Shown here piece after piece: positions 1 through 9,214 of a stretch of 64,000 nucleotides of DNA (the first letter of the stretch is position 1; every line of letters begins with the position of its first letter). The stretch comes from an uncultured Candidatus Saccharibacteria bacterium (GTDB lineage: Bacteria > Patescibacteriota > SICC01 > CAYSOT01). The position numbers were made by a program, and so were the translations under genes. The notes under the pieces are model-generated. The model was not told where the DNA came from and ran no database searches. It was given only the letters and a program-made list of their open reading frames with translations. The stretch is taken from contig CAYSOT010000002.1 in assembly GCA_964432765.1 (NCBI GenBank), forward strand, positions 38,220 through 102,219, in the 5' to 3' direction.

Positions 1-802
1 CACATCTAAGACACGGTTCTCCGGTACGGTGATAAACTCGTGCGTTTTTCAAATAATCCCCCTTTTCACCGCGAATTGATACATAGCTGTTATCCGACGT
101 ACCGCCGAGCTCGAGGGAGCGCAGCAATACTGTGCGAATCGCCGAAAAAAGCACCTTACGCTGAACGCTTGTTAGTGATCCGGCGCGCTTTAGCGGGTGC
201 AACTTGGCAAGATTAAGTGCTTCATCGACATAAATATTGCCAAGGCCTGCTATGAAGGTTTGATCAAGCAAAAGGGGTTTGAGCTTAGCGTTTGGACGCT
301 TATTTATGCGTTTTGAAAAATCGGCCGCAGTAAAATCATCCGCCAGTGGCTCTGGCCCAAACTTTGCCATAATTGGAACCGCCATAACATCTTCATCTGG
401 AACGAGTTTGAGGTATCCAAATTGACGAAGATCATTAAAGAACAGTTCGCTTCCATCATCAAACACAAAAATCGCGTGCGTTGTCTTGCCTGGTAGCTCA
501 CCATCTACATACGGCAGCGGGTGGCCTCCGGCAAGTTTGAGCTGTCCTTTGGTTCGAAATATGAGTTGTCCGGTCATTTTGAGGTGAATTAGCAACGTTA
601 CTCCAGTCGACAGTCTAAGTAGTATGACTTTCCCGCGTCGCTCAACTTTTATTACGCGGGCTCCGATAATCCGGGTTTTGCCCTCTGGTCCATCGTGAAT
701 AAACATTTTTTTAAGACGAACATCGAACACCTCAATACACCGACCCGGCAAAACAGTTTGCAAGCCGCGAACAATTGTTTCTACCTCCGGTAACTCTGGC
801 AT
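1..802 (-). CDS. mutM: Formamidopyrimidine-DNA glycosylase (Fpg/MutM), 3' end beyond window
   Basis: Not in ORF track (partial). Reverse strand from 802 reads MPELPEVETIVRGLQ, later RRGK, HLKMTGQL and LLDQTFIAGLGNIYVDEAL (H2TH). Confidence 0.96.
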   Translation of the reverse strand, partial: MPELPEVETIVRGLQTVLPGRCIEVFDVRLKKMFIHDGPEGKTRIIGARVIKVERRGKVILLRLSTGVTLLIHLKMTGQLIFRTKGQLKLAGGHPLPYVDGELPGKTTHAIFVFDDGSELFFNDLRQFGYLKLVPDEDVMAVPIMAKFGPEPLADDFTAADFSKRINKRPNAKLKPLLLDQTFIAGLGNIYVDEALNLAKLHPLKRAGSLTSVQRKVLFSAIRTVLLRSLELGGTSDNSYVSIRGEKGDYLKNARVYHRTGEPCLRC

Positions 803-835
803 GCATTCATCATACGATGCCGCACACGGCGTGCT

Positions 836-1222
836 CTACGGAGCGCTTTGGGATATAAAGACCACAGTCCCGGACGAGGCGTGGTAGACAAGCTTTGTCA
901 CATCTTTGCCCTCTACTTGGGCCATCAAGGTAATCACAAAACCTGGTTTCCCGGCAGAGTCTGTTATTTTTGTTTTCTCTAGCTGCGGTCCTACAAATTT
1001 TGCGGGCACCACAGACACAACTTCGATAGTGGCATTTGAGGGTGAGCGACCAATCGCATCTGCCTTTGCCCGCTCAACGAGCCCATTTGTTGAAGCATCT
1101 GGTGTAGCAATGGGTGTTGGTGAGGAAACTGCTTTGTTTGAAGCATTACTCGCTCTCATACCTGCCCAGACGGCAACATAGACGAGCGATAGAATAAAAA
1201 CGATTATCCAGAGTCGCTTCAT
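836..1222 (-). CDS. Membrane-anchored hypothetical protein with S/T/P linker
   Basis: N-terminal TM helix, SSPTPIATP linker, small globular domain; ATGA overlap with the PHP gene stop. Confidence 0.75.
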   Translation of the reverse strand: MKRLWIIVFILSLVYVAVWAGMRASNASNKAVSSPTPIATPDASTNGLVERAKADAIGRSPSNATIEVVSVVPAKFVGPQLEKTKITDSAGKPGFVITLMAQVEGKDVTKLVYHASSGTVVFISQSAP

Positions 1223-2013
1223 GGCTTCACTCGTGCTTTCCTTGAAGTAAGCCTGAAGAGACGCTTTCCTGTTTCGCGAAGTTTCATCTTGGCGTAGAAG
1301 CGAACATATTTCAGGATTTCTCTGATGCGGTACTTTTTGGAAACAGCCTCTGTGGTCTTCTGTTCTATGGAACGTCGGAAGTCTTCTGCGCTTCGTCCAG
1401 GGAAGAGCGTGTATCCCTTGCCGATTGCCTCGAGAATGTGGGAGTCAGACGAACCTGTTTCAGCGCGAAAAATAATACTCCGGTTAAGTAATCTGGCACG
1501 ACGGTTTTCCCGCTTCATCACTGGAGAGGCATTTATGATTTCTACTGCGTCGAATGGCTCCTGCATCAGTACGTCTACTCCGACACCATCGGCCGTCAAC
1601 ATGTCTGGATCAATGTAGCGAAGAATCAGCAATGGATGCGCGGCAATCGCAAGCCCACCCTGTTCATGAATCCGCTTGATGGTTTCGGTTGCCGAAAGCT
1701 CCGAAGGGATCGGCTTGTCTATATAAAGCGCCAGGATGTGGCCTGATTGCGAGGTTACCTCTTGGCCAAGAATCAAATCGAAGCGGTAATTCCCTTCCTT
1801 GTAGATTTTCTCTGCCTCAAAGGCGCCCTCCATCGTGTCGTGGTCTGTAATGGCGATAACATCGAGGTCGGTATGGCTCTCAACATAGTCCAGAATCTCA
1901 CGGGGAGTAGGTTTTCCATCTGAGGCGGTGCTATGAATGTGAATATCCGCCTTACCCGCCGTCGGAATCAGCGTTGAGAATGCACGATCATGACTCTTTT
2001 TCGATTTGCTCAC
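1219..2013 (-). CDS. PHP-domain metal-dependent phosphoesterase
   Basis: Motifs DIHIHSTASDG, AITDHD, GQEV..GHIL, AAHP, GSSDSH; GTG start 6 nt after TATACT. Confidence 0.9.
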   Translation of the reverse strand: MSKSKKSHDRAFSTLIPTAGKADIHIHSTASDGKPTPREILDYVESHTDLDVIAITDHDTMEGAFEAEKIYKEGNYRFDLILGQEVTSQSGHILALYIDKPIPSELSATETIKRIHEQGGLAIAAHPLLILRYIDPDMLTADGVGVDVLMQEPFDAVEIINASPVMKRENRRARLLNRSIIFRAETGSSDSHILEAIGKGYTLFPGRSAEDFRRSIEQKTTEAVSKKYRIREILKYVRFYAKMKLRETGKRLFRLTSRKARVKP

Positions 2014-2036
2014 CCGCTTAGTATACCGCGCGGTCT

Positions 2037-2303
2037 TTAGCTACTCGTAGCATTCCAGAGATATAGCTTGGGTGATTCGCCCTCAACTAGTTCACAATCA
2101 ATCTCTCTTAATTCCGCCATTGTGAATAATGTTCGTCTGAGAACCCATTCATTTGGAACCCCTGCTGGACTTTCTCTGAGTCTCTCCACCAAGTCATAGA
2201 ACTCTAGTTTTTCTTCGCCCAGAGCCAAAACCACTTGTACGCGCGTCTGCGGAACGAGCTCATCAAGAGCAGCCGTCAACTCTATCTTTTCCTGTTCATC
2301 CAT
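2037..2303 (-). CDS. Small acidic hypothetical protein, possible degenerate winged HTH (HxlR-like)
   Basis: 88 aa filling the polA-PHP gap; TACACT 8 nt before ATG; helix spacing resembles HxlR/PadR. Confidence 0.6.
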   Translation of the reverse strand: MDEQEKIELTAALDELVPQTRVQVVLALGEEKLEFYDLVERLRESPAGVPNEWVLRRTLFTMAELREIDCELVEGESPKLYLWNATSS

Positions 2304-2328
2304 AGCAGCACAGTGTATCCCAGTAAGA

Positions 2329-5112
2329 TTAGTTCGTCGCCGGGTAGGGCTTCATTTCGCCCCAGTTCTTACCAACTCGCGCGTCTGCCACGATTGGAAC
2401 AGAAAGAGTATACGCTGTTTCCATTTCAGAAATAATCCAAGGGGCGACAGATGCAATGTCTTCTTCGGGCACTTCAAATACGAGCTCATCGTGTACGGTA
2501 AGTATCATTCTTGATTGCGCAGATTGTTTACGAAGACCACGGTGGATGTTCACCATAGCCATTTTTAGAATGTCCGCCTGGCTGCCCTGAACCGGCATGT
2601 TTATCGCCATTCGCTTCGCAGCTTCCCTAACCGGGTGGGTCGATGAGTGGATTTCGGGCAAATAACGGCGACGACCAAAGATCGTTTCCACGAAACCATC
2701 TTGTTTGGCCTTGTCGATCATTCGGTCCATGTAACTCTTTAGTTTTGGATACGTCTTGAAGTAATCATCAATATAAGCGGTCGCTTCAGCGACGCTCATT
2801 CCGGTCGAACGAGCCACTCCGTGAGGGGTTGCTCCATAGAGAATTGAGAAATTCACGGCTTTCGCAGCATAGCGTTGCTCGGGAGTAACTTCTTCGATCT
2901 CCACGCCCGAAACACGTGCCGCTGTTGCCGCATGAATGTCTTGGCCCGATTTGAAAGCCTTACTAAGCGTTTCATCTTCAGAAAGATGGGCCGCAATCCG
3001 CAATTCAAATTGAGAGTAATCAGCAGCAAACAGCATAAATCCGGGATCAGTGATAAACGCCTTGCGAATTTCCCGACCCTGGGCTGTACGCACTGGTATA
3101 TTCTGCAGATTCGGATCTGATGATGAAAGCCTACCGGTTGCGGCAACTGTCTGGTTGAAACTAGTGTGGAGCCTTCCAGTGTCTTTGCGGATTAGCTTTG
3201 GGAGCGCATCAACGTAGGTGCTTTTGAGTTTAGCCAATTCTCGGTAGCGCATAATTAGCGGGACAATTGGGTGAGCATCACGGTACTTTTCGAGCTGATC
3301 AGCCGCTGTCGACTTGTGCGTCCCGCCCCGTTTAGTCATTCCTTTGCCGATGGCCAGCTCATCAAACAAGACCTTTGCGAGTTGAGCCGGGGAATTTAAG
3401 TTAAACTCGTGTCCCGCAAGAGTTTGGACTTCCCGCTCAATATCAGCAAGCTCTGAACCAAACTGGCCATGCAACGCATTCAAGAATGCCGTGTCGAGCC
3501 GTACGCCTGCATGCTCCATATCGGCAATAACCGGAATGAGCGGTAGATCAATCATATCTAAGACTCGGTCGAGCCCCGCATCTCTTAAGTCCTGGTCGAA
3601 CTTTTTGTAGAGACGCCACGTCATCTCGGCGTCTTCCGCTGCATAGAGCGCCACCTCTTCCGACGAAATGTCAGCTAGTGAGCGTTGCGATTTTCCAGTG
3701 CCAATGAGCTCTGTAATTGGTTGCATTGATTCGCCGAGCTCTTGAAACGCGAGGGTGTCGAGCTTGAGAGTTCGTGCACCCGGATTGAGCAGGTAGGAGC
3801 CAAGCAAAGTGTCAAAAATACAACCGCCTAGCTTGATTCCGTAGGCTAGCAGCACCTCATAGTCATACTTTAGATTGTGCGCCACGAGCCGCGGCGTATC
3901 TGCTTCGAGCAGAGGGCGAAGTTGATCCAATGTTTTTTTAAGAGACAACGTAGGTCCACTGGCATGCTCAAGGGCAACGTAATACCCTTCGTGCTCAGAC
4001 CAAGAAAACGAAAGGCCAATTAAATTCTGTGATATCGAATCAAGTTCACGCGTCTCGGTATCAAAGGCCACTACCTCTTGGCTAGCCAATTGCTTGATAA
4101 GCTTTTGAAGCGCTGGCTCATCGGCTACCAGATGGTACTTTTTACCTGCCCATTCACGCTTCGGAGGATCGCTTACATCCGGCTTTTGGCCGTCTTCGTC
4201 TGCAGCCACTTTGCCAAACTCACCAAGACGCTTCATCAAACTGCCAAATTCCAACTCTCCAAATAATCGCTCCGCCCGAGATCGGTCAAAGTGATGGATA
4301 GTCGAGTGCTTTAAGTCAAACGGCAGATCTACATCTGTAATAATTCGGCCAAGGTCACGTGAAAGGTACGCTTGTTCCCGGTACGTATTTAAATTTTCTC
4401 GCATCTTGGGCTTGAAAAGGGGGTGTTGATCGGGCTGCTGTGCAAGCGCATCGTAAATATTTTCAAGCGAATGGTATGTCGCGACCAGACTGGCAGCGGT
4501 CTTTTCTCCGATTCCTGGAACGCCCGGGATGTTGTCAGAGGTATCTCCAACAAGTGCTTTGTATTCCACAAATTCAGCCGCTGTCAGGCCGAGTTGTTCA
4601 TGTAGTAGTGCCGGTGTATACGTGACTATTTCTCGCCCGCCGGGACGCCATTTCAACATGTAGATAAAGACCCTCTCGCCCACAAGCTGCAGCGAGTCTC
4701 TATCTCCAGTGACGATGTATACCTCGACTTCATGATCTTCTGAGGCACGCTTAGCGAGCGTCCCGATGACATCATCTGCCTCGTACCCTGCTTGCTCGTA
4801 GATCGGTATACCGAGCGTTTCAATAACCTCGCGCACTCTACCAAATTGCGATCGCAGCTCGTCCGGCGCTTTTTGCCGTGTCGCTTTATACTCTGCAAAT
4901 TTTTCATGACGAACCGTTGGTTCGGGAAGGTCAAAAGCGGCGGCAATATAGTCGGGCTGCAAATCAGCAACCACCGAAAGCACCGTTGATGTGAATCCGA
5001 AAACTGCGTTTGTGAGCTCTCCCTGCTTCGTCGAAAGAAAAGGGATGGCATGAAATGCACGGTGCACTAATGCCATCGTGTCGATTAAGACGAGACGCTT
5101 CGGTGATGCCAT
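2329..5112 (-). CDS. polA: DNA polymerase I
   Basis: 5'-3' exonuclease (EADDVIGTL, GDTSDNIPGVPGIGEKTA), intact 3'-5' exonuclease (FDTET, HNLKYD, YAAED), polymerase motifs (TGRLSSSDPNLQNIP, ADYSQFELR, VHDEL). Start moved to ATG 5112, 6 nt after GACAAT. Confidence 0.98.
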   Translation of the reverse strand: MASPKRLVLIDTMALVHRAFHAIPFLSTKQGELTNAVFGFTSTVLSVVADLQPDYIAAAFDLPEPTVRHEKFAEYKATRQKAPDELRSQFGRVREVIETLGIPIYEQAGYEADDVIGTLAKRASEDHEVEVYIVTGDRDSLQLVGERVFIYMLKWRPGGREIVTYTPALLHEQLGLTAAEFVEYKALVGDTSDNIPGVPGIGEKTAASLVATYHSLENIYDALAQQPDQHPLFKPKMRENLNTYREQAYLSRDLGRIITDVDLPFDLKHSTIHHFDRSRAERLFGELEFGSLMKRLGEFGKVAADEDGQKPDVSDPPKREWAGKKYHLVADEPALQKLIKQLASQEVVAFDTETRELDSISQNLIGLSFSWSEHEGYYVALEHASGPTLSLKKTLDQLRPLLEADTPRLVAHNLKYDYEVLLAYGIKLGGCIFDTLLGSYLLNPGARTLKLDTLAFQELGESMQPITELIGTGKSQRSLADISSEEVALYAAEDAEMTWRLYKKFDQDLRDAGLDRVLDMIDLPLIPVIADMEHAGVRLDTAFLNALHGQFGSELADIEREVQTLAGHEFNLNSPAQLAKVLFDELAIGKGMTKRGGTHKSTAADQLEKYRDAHPIVPLIMRYRELAKLKSTYVDALPKLIRKDTGRLHTSFNQTVAATGRLSSSDPNLQNIPVRTAQGREIRKAFITDPGFMLFAADYSQFELRIAAHLSEDETLSKAFKSGQDIHAATAARVSGVEIEEVTPEQRYAAKAVNFSILYGATPHGVARSTGMSVAEATAYIDDYFKTYPKLKSYMDRMIDKAKQDGFVETIFGRRRYLPEIHSSTHPVREAAKRMAINMPVQGSQADILKMAMVNIHRGLRKQSAQSRMILTVHDELVFEVPEEDIASVAPWIISEMETAYTLSVPIVADARVGKNWGEMKPYPATN

Positions 5113-5154
5113 AACCCTATTGTCACTAGTGTTGCGCACTCTGTCGAACTAATT

Positions 5155-5685
5155 CTATGCAGCCCGGCGCGAGGGTTCGGCTGCAAGTTGTTCCCTAACA
5201 TCTTCAAGTGCTGATGCCTCTCGCTGCGCAAGGCCTTCGCGTAACAGGGTCTCCCCAAGGTTGGTGCAGACATTGGATCGTTGATCCCGTGCCGCTTGCC
5301 AAGACAGTTCTTCTATTCTCTCGGGAGAAAGGAGAAGAAATAGATCGCGCGGGATGTCAGTGATCCTTGCAGCCTCGACAATTGCGACGCTACCACCATC
5401 ACGAAGTCGTCTATCAATCTCATCGTGCAGCTGTTTACCTGAAATCATTTCGAGCATTACGGCGCTTACTGCTATGCGAGATGCTCGAATGCTGCGGCGA
5501 TACGAAAGCTCCGTAAAGGAAATGGTGTCGGTACGACGAAGTTCGTCGCGGTAACGATCGTAGGCCGCAATGTGCGCAGACACGGGGGCTTCCACTGTGG
5601 CTGCGCCAGGTTCTAGTTTAAAAAAAGACCCGCTCTGCGGGTCATCGATCCTTCTTTGTTCACCTAATTCATGTATAGAATTCAC
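5155..5685 (-). CDS. Hypothetical protein
   Basis: 176-aa ORF filling the murE-polA gap; TACCGT 7 nt before GTG; no recognised motif. Confidence 0.65.
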   Translation of the reverse strand: MNSIHELGEQRRIDDPQSGSFFKLEPGAATVEAPVSAHIAAYDRYRDELRRTDTISFTELSYRRSIRASRIAVSAVMLEMISGKQLHDEIDRRLRDGGSVAIVEAARITDIPRDLFLLLSPERIEELSWQAARDQRSNVCTNLGETLLREGLAQREASALEDVREQLAAEPSRRAA

Positions 5686-5718
5686 TAGATCAACGGTATC
5701 ACGCTGCTCTGCAGGTTT

Positions 5719-7038
5719 CTACCTTTTAATACCGGCGAGGTGTTTCCATTCCTCCGCTGCAACGCCTTGGTCGCTCCATGGCTTCATGCCATCACGATAT
5801 GCCATGACTGTCTCGTGTCCCTTCGCCAGTAAAACAACTGTGTCGCCGGGCCGCGCCTCAGTGAGCGCCTTTCGAATCGCCAGTCGACGATCAACCTCGA
5901 CACTATAGTCAGCCTTACTCGGCAATCCAGGAAGGATTTCGTCGATGATTGCTTGTGGTTCTTCGCTACCTGGATCTTCTTCGGTCAAGATAAGTCGATC
6001 GCAGTATTTCGCAGCCGTCCGACCAAGCTCAGGTCGCTTACCTCGATCACGGTCACCCGTGGCGCCAAAAACCCCAATCAGCCTGCCCTTAGTGAGAGGA
6101 CGGAGCGTTCTGAGTACGTTGTCAAAGGCATCGGGCGTATGCGCGTAATCGACGATTATTTCAAACGGCTGTCCAACGCTCAGCGCCTCCATCCGGCCGG
6201 GCACACCTTTTACTTTGGCGATTCCTGTGGCTATTTGCTGGGGCGTTGCACCATGACCAATACCGACTGCTGCTGCAGCCAAGGCGTTTTCAACATTAAA
6301 CCTGCCGGGAAGTGCGAGGGTAAATTCAAGCTTCTCCCCTCCAAGCTCCGCCGTACATCGACTACTTGTGGGGGTTGCCTTAATGTTCGATGCAATCAGA
6401 GTTTCACCGTTGGCATGTGACTTGCCGCTTGCCGAAAAGAAAATGGTTCTGCTGGCACCAAACGATGCAAAATAGTCTGCCTCTTTGTCGTCTGCGTTTA
6501 TGACAGCGAGCGTATTTATATCCTGATTGTGCGCAAGCCCCACAAATAGTTTGCCTTTTGCTGCACGGTAGTTATCCATCGTTTTATGAAGATCCAAGTG
6601 ATCCCTGGAAAGATTCGTAAAGACTGCTGTTTGAAAGGGGACTTTCCACACTCGATTCCAGTGCAGCGCATGAGAAGACACCTCGATAACCGCGTGAGTA
6701 CATCCGGCATTGACCATCCGACGGAGTAATCGATACGTTCCAAATCGTCCAAGGGATGTCATTTTCGATTCGTTGCGCCACTTTTTATTGCCAATTTTGT
6801 AATTAATCGTCGTCGCTAAACCAACTTCAAAACCGCGCTCTTCAAGGACGCTGGCGATGAGATTGGCTGTGGTGGATTTACCATTCGTCCCTGTTACGCC
6901 AATGACGGTCAATTTTCTACCGGGAAACCGGTAGAAGGTCTCCCCAAGCACTGCGAGCCCAAAATGGTACGCCGGACGAATACCGTCTGCTAAGCGAGTC
7001 GGTACAAGTCTATGGAGCCATCGCAGAAGAGTTTCCAT
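5719..7038 (-). CDS. murE: UDP-MurNAc-tripeptide synthetase (MurE)
   Basis: GVTGTNGKST, EVSSH, FTNLSRDHLD, GVPGRME, DYAHTPD, LAKGHE. Confidence 0.95.
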   Translation of the reverse strand: METLLRWLHRLVPTRLADGIRPAYHFGLAVLGETFYRFPGRKLTVIGVTGTNGKSTTANLIASVLEERGFEVGLATTINYKIGNKKWRNESKMTSLGRFGTYRLLRRMVNAGCTHAVIEVSSHALHWNRVWKVPFQTAVFTNLSRDHLDLHKTMDNYRAAKGKLFVGLAHNQDINTLAVINADDKEADYFASFGASRTIFFSASGKSHANGETLIASNIKATPTSSRCTAELGGEKLEFTLALPGRFNVENALAAAAVGIGHGATPQQIATGIAKVKGVPGRMEALSVGQPFEIIVDYAHTPDAFDNVLRTLRPLTKGRLIGVFGATGDRDRGKRPELGRTAAKYCDRLILTEEDPGSEEPQAIIDEILPGLPSKADYSVEVDRRLAIRKALTEARPGDTVVLLAKGHETVMAYRDGMKPWSDQGVAAEEWKHLAGIKR

Positions 7039-7077
7039 GGTTTCAGTCTAGCGCGCCTAGGCTTCGGCACCATCCCA

Positions 7078-8130
7078 TTAGCGACGTAAAATTCGCCGTG
7101 GCGCCTTTACAATGATTCGGCGAATTCGGTTAGCTGTTGTAAACGCCTTGTACGCAAGTGGTGCGACTGGTAGGTCGTATGCACCAACGAGCCTGACCTC
7201 CTGTCCAAACTTAAGCTTAAACTGGCGAAGTCCTGCCCATGGGTTTGATGGATCATCATCATGCGCAATTCCTGTCATATTGTAGTATTTGCAGCCATGT
7301 TTTCGCGCCTCCTTAATCCCTTCCCACTGAACTGCATACGAACCAAAGACATTTCGATCTTCTTCTGAAGAACCCCCGTAGAGATAAACCGCTTCAGCAC
7401 CGAAATAAGTGACCAAAATTGAGGCAACCGGCCGATCATTGGCAAACGCCGTAATAAACTCTGCCAAACCAGCCGAAATCAAATGTTTGTGGATCCCAGC
7501 AAAATACGCCTTCTCGCGGTAGGTTATCCCTTGGCGCTTTGCTGTCGACTCGAGCAATTGGTAAAAAACTTCAAGGTCTTCCTTTTTAGAACCCCGCCTA
7601 ACGACCACTCCTTTTTTCGCAGAATACCTAATGTTGTAGCGGCCCTTCTGCTTCATCCGAGCCAGGATGTCATCTTCGCTGCCAGACAGATCAACGTGAG
7701 CGACTACTGCAGCTTGCAGGTCTTCAGGTGAATCAACATAACCGTGCGACTCAAACCAATCACCTGGGAGCAGCTCTAGGGGGATATGCGGATCGACTTT
7801 CACAAAAATGGCGCCTCGTTCCCTGGCAAATTTGCCGAGAAATTCTGTAAGCGCTCTCATCGCTGTATCAGCTCTCTTTGATCCCCACTCTTCGGATAGC
7901 ACCGGCCCCTCTGGGCAATACATAAAACCTTTACCAAGTGGTAGTCGCTTTTCCAAAAGTTGTGCTTGTAAGAGGGTCTTTTTCTCGTCGACTACCTCGA
8001 CGCGGTGAACGGTCCATTCGTGTTCGTTACGAAACTCTCCCCATTCGAAGCTTTGCAAAATGCCGCCGCCATTGTGCTTGGCAAACGAGTTCCATGCCTC
8101 TCTGGTTCCCGAAAACTGTTGTACTTGCAT
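7078..8130 (-). CDS. FemABX-family peptidoglycan bridge aminoacyltransferase
   Basis: ILQSFEWGEF, YCPEGP, KGRYNIR, YLYGGS, GLRQFKLKFG; directly upstream of murE. Start moved to 8130 (TACACT-N6-ATG). Confidence 0.93.
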   Translation of the reverse strand: MQVQQFSGTREAWNSFAKHNGGGILQSFEWGEFRNEHEWTVHRVEVVDEKKTLLQAQLLEKRLPLGKGFMYCPEGPVLSEEWGSKRADTAMRALTEFLGKFARERGAIFVKVDPHIPLELLPGDWFESHGYVDSPEDLQAAVVAHVDLSGSEDDILARMKQKGRYNIRYSAKKGVVVRRGSKKEDLEVFYQLLESTAKRQGITYREKAYFAGIHKHLISAGLAEFITAFANDRPVASILVTYFGAEAVYLYGGSSEEDRNVFGSYAVQWEGIKEARKHGCKYYNMTGIAHDDDPSNPWAGLRQFKLKFGQEVRLVGAYDLPVAPLAYKAFTTANRIRRIIVKAPRRILRR

Positions 8131-8197
8131 ATACCAAGTGTACGGATGAGAGGACCTACTGTCGAAGTGGCACCACATCAAACGCTACACTAGACCT

Positions 8198-9214
8198 ATG
8201 CCAGATTCTTACATTCTTGCCCTAGAAACGTCATGTGACGAAACGTCTGCGGCAGTCGTTGCCGAAAACGGTAAAGTTCTCAGCAATATCGTGTCATCAC
8301 AAATTGATGTACACCGGGCTACGGGGGGTGTGGTGCCGGAGGTAGCGTCACGATTGCAGCTTGAGATGGTCATTCCAGTTATTGACCAAGCGCTTTCTGA
8401 AGCGAAAATTACAAAAGCCTCGATTACTAAAGTAGCCGTTACAAGCGGACCAGGCCTCATCGGGCCGCTACTTGTAGGCACCCAAACCGCGGCTGCTATC
8501 GCGAGCGCTCTTGGCGTTCCGCTGCTACCTATAAACCACCTCGCTGGCCATGTTTATGCATGCCTCTATGGCAAGCGATTTTCGTTTCCCTATCTAGCAC
8601 TCGTCGTTTCTGGTAGTCATACCGAGCTAGTTAGGATGGATGATCATCATTCATTTCACATTCTCGGCTCGACTCGAGACGATGCAGCTGGGGAAGCTTT
8701 TGACAAAGTTGCGAGACTGCTTGGCATGGACTATCCAGGCGGCCCCAAGATCGCTGCGGCCGCAAAGCAGGGCAGAGCCGATGCTTACAAATTTCCCCGC
8801 GCGATGCTTAATCAAGACAACCTTGATTTCTCCTTTTCAGGTTTAAAGTCTGCTGTACGGCGGGAAGTTCTTGGCGCGAACCTTACAGAATCAATATGTG
8901 CAGATATCGCCGCCTCGTTTCAAGAAGCTGTGGTGGATGTTCTGGTTGAGAAAGCTATGCGAGCAGCTAGCCAGATGGAACCCACCGCGATTTTGCTTGG
9001 GGGTGGAGTTGCTGCAAACCAAAGACTGAGAGAGCGTTTACAAAACACGTGTGAAGCTCGAGGTCTTCCGCTCTACTGTGCGCCGCTTGAGCTGGCCACA
9101 GATAACGCAGGGATGATTGGATTAGCCGCTTTGTTTAGCGAGGTTTCCGTCTCGCCTTTTGAGATCGAAGCCGATCCTTCACGTTCGATCGATGCCGGCG
9201 CGGCAAGAGGATAA
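8198..9214 (+). CDS. tsaD: t6A tRNA threonylcarbamoyltransferase TsaD
   Basis: LALETSCDET, GGVVPEVASR, HLAGH, DDAAGEAFDK, FSFSGLKS, TDNAGMI. Confidence 0.97.
   Translation: MPDSYILALETSCDETSAAVVAENGKVLSNIVSSQIDVHRATGGVVPEVASRLQLEMVIPVIDQALSEAKITKASITKVAVTSGPGLIGPLLVGTQTAAAIASALGVPLLPINHLAGHVYACLYGKRFSFPYLALVVSGSHTELVRMDDHHSFHILGSTRDDAAGEAFDKVARLLGMDYPGGPKIAAAAKQGRADAYKFPRAMLNQDNLDFSFSGLKSAVRREVLGANLTESICADIAASFQEAVVDVLVEKAMRAASQMEPTAILLGGGVAANQRLRERLQNTCEARGLPLYCAPLELATDNAGMIGLAALFSEVSVSPFEIEADPSRSIDAGAARG

Noticed and set aside
304-504. 66-aa ORF in the track
   Set aside because: Alternative frame inside mutM.
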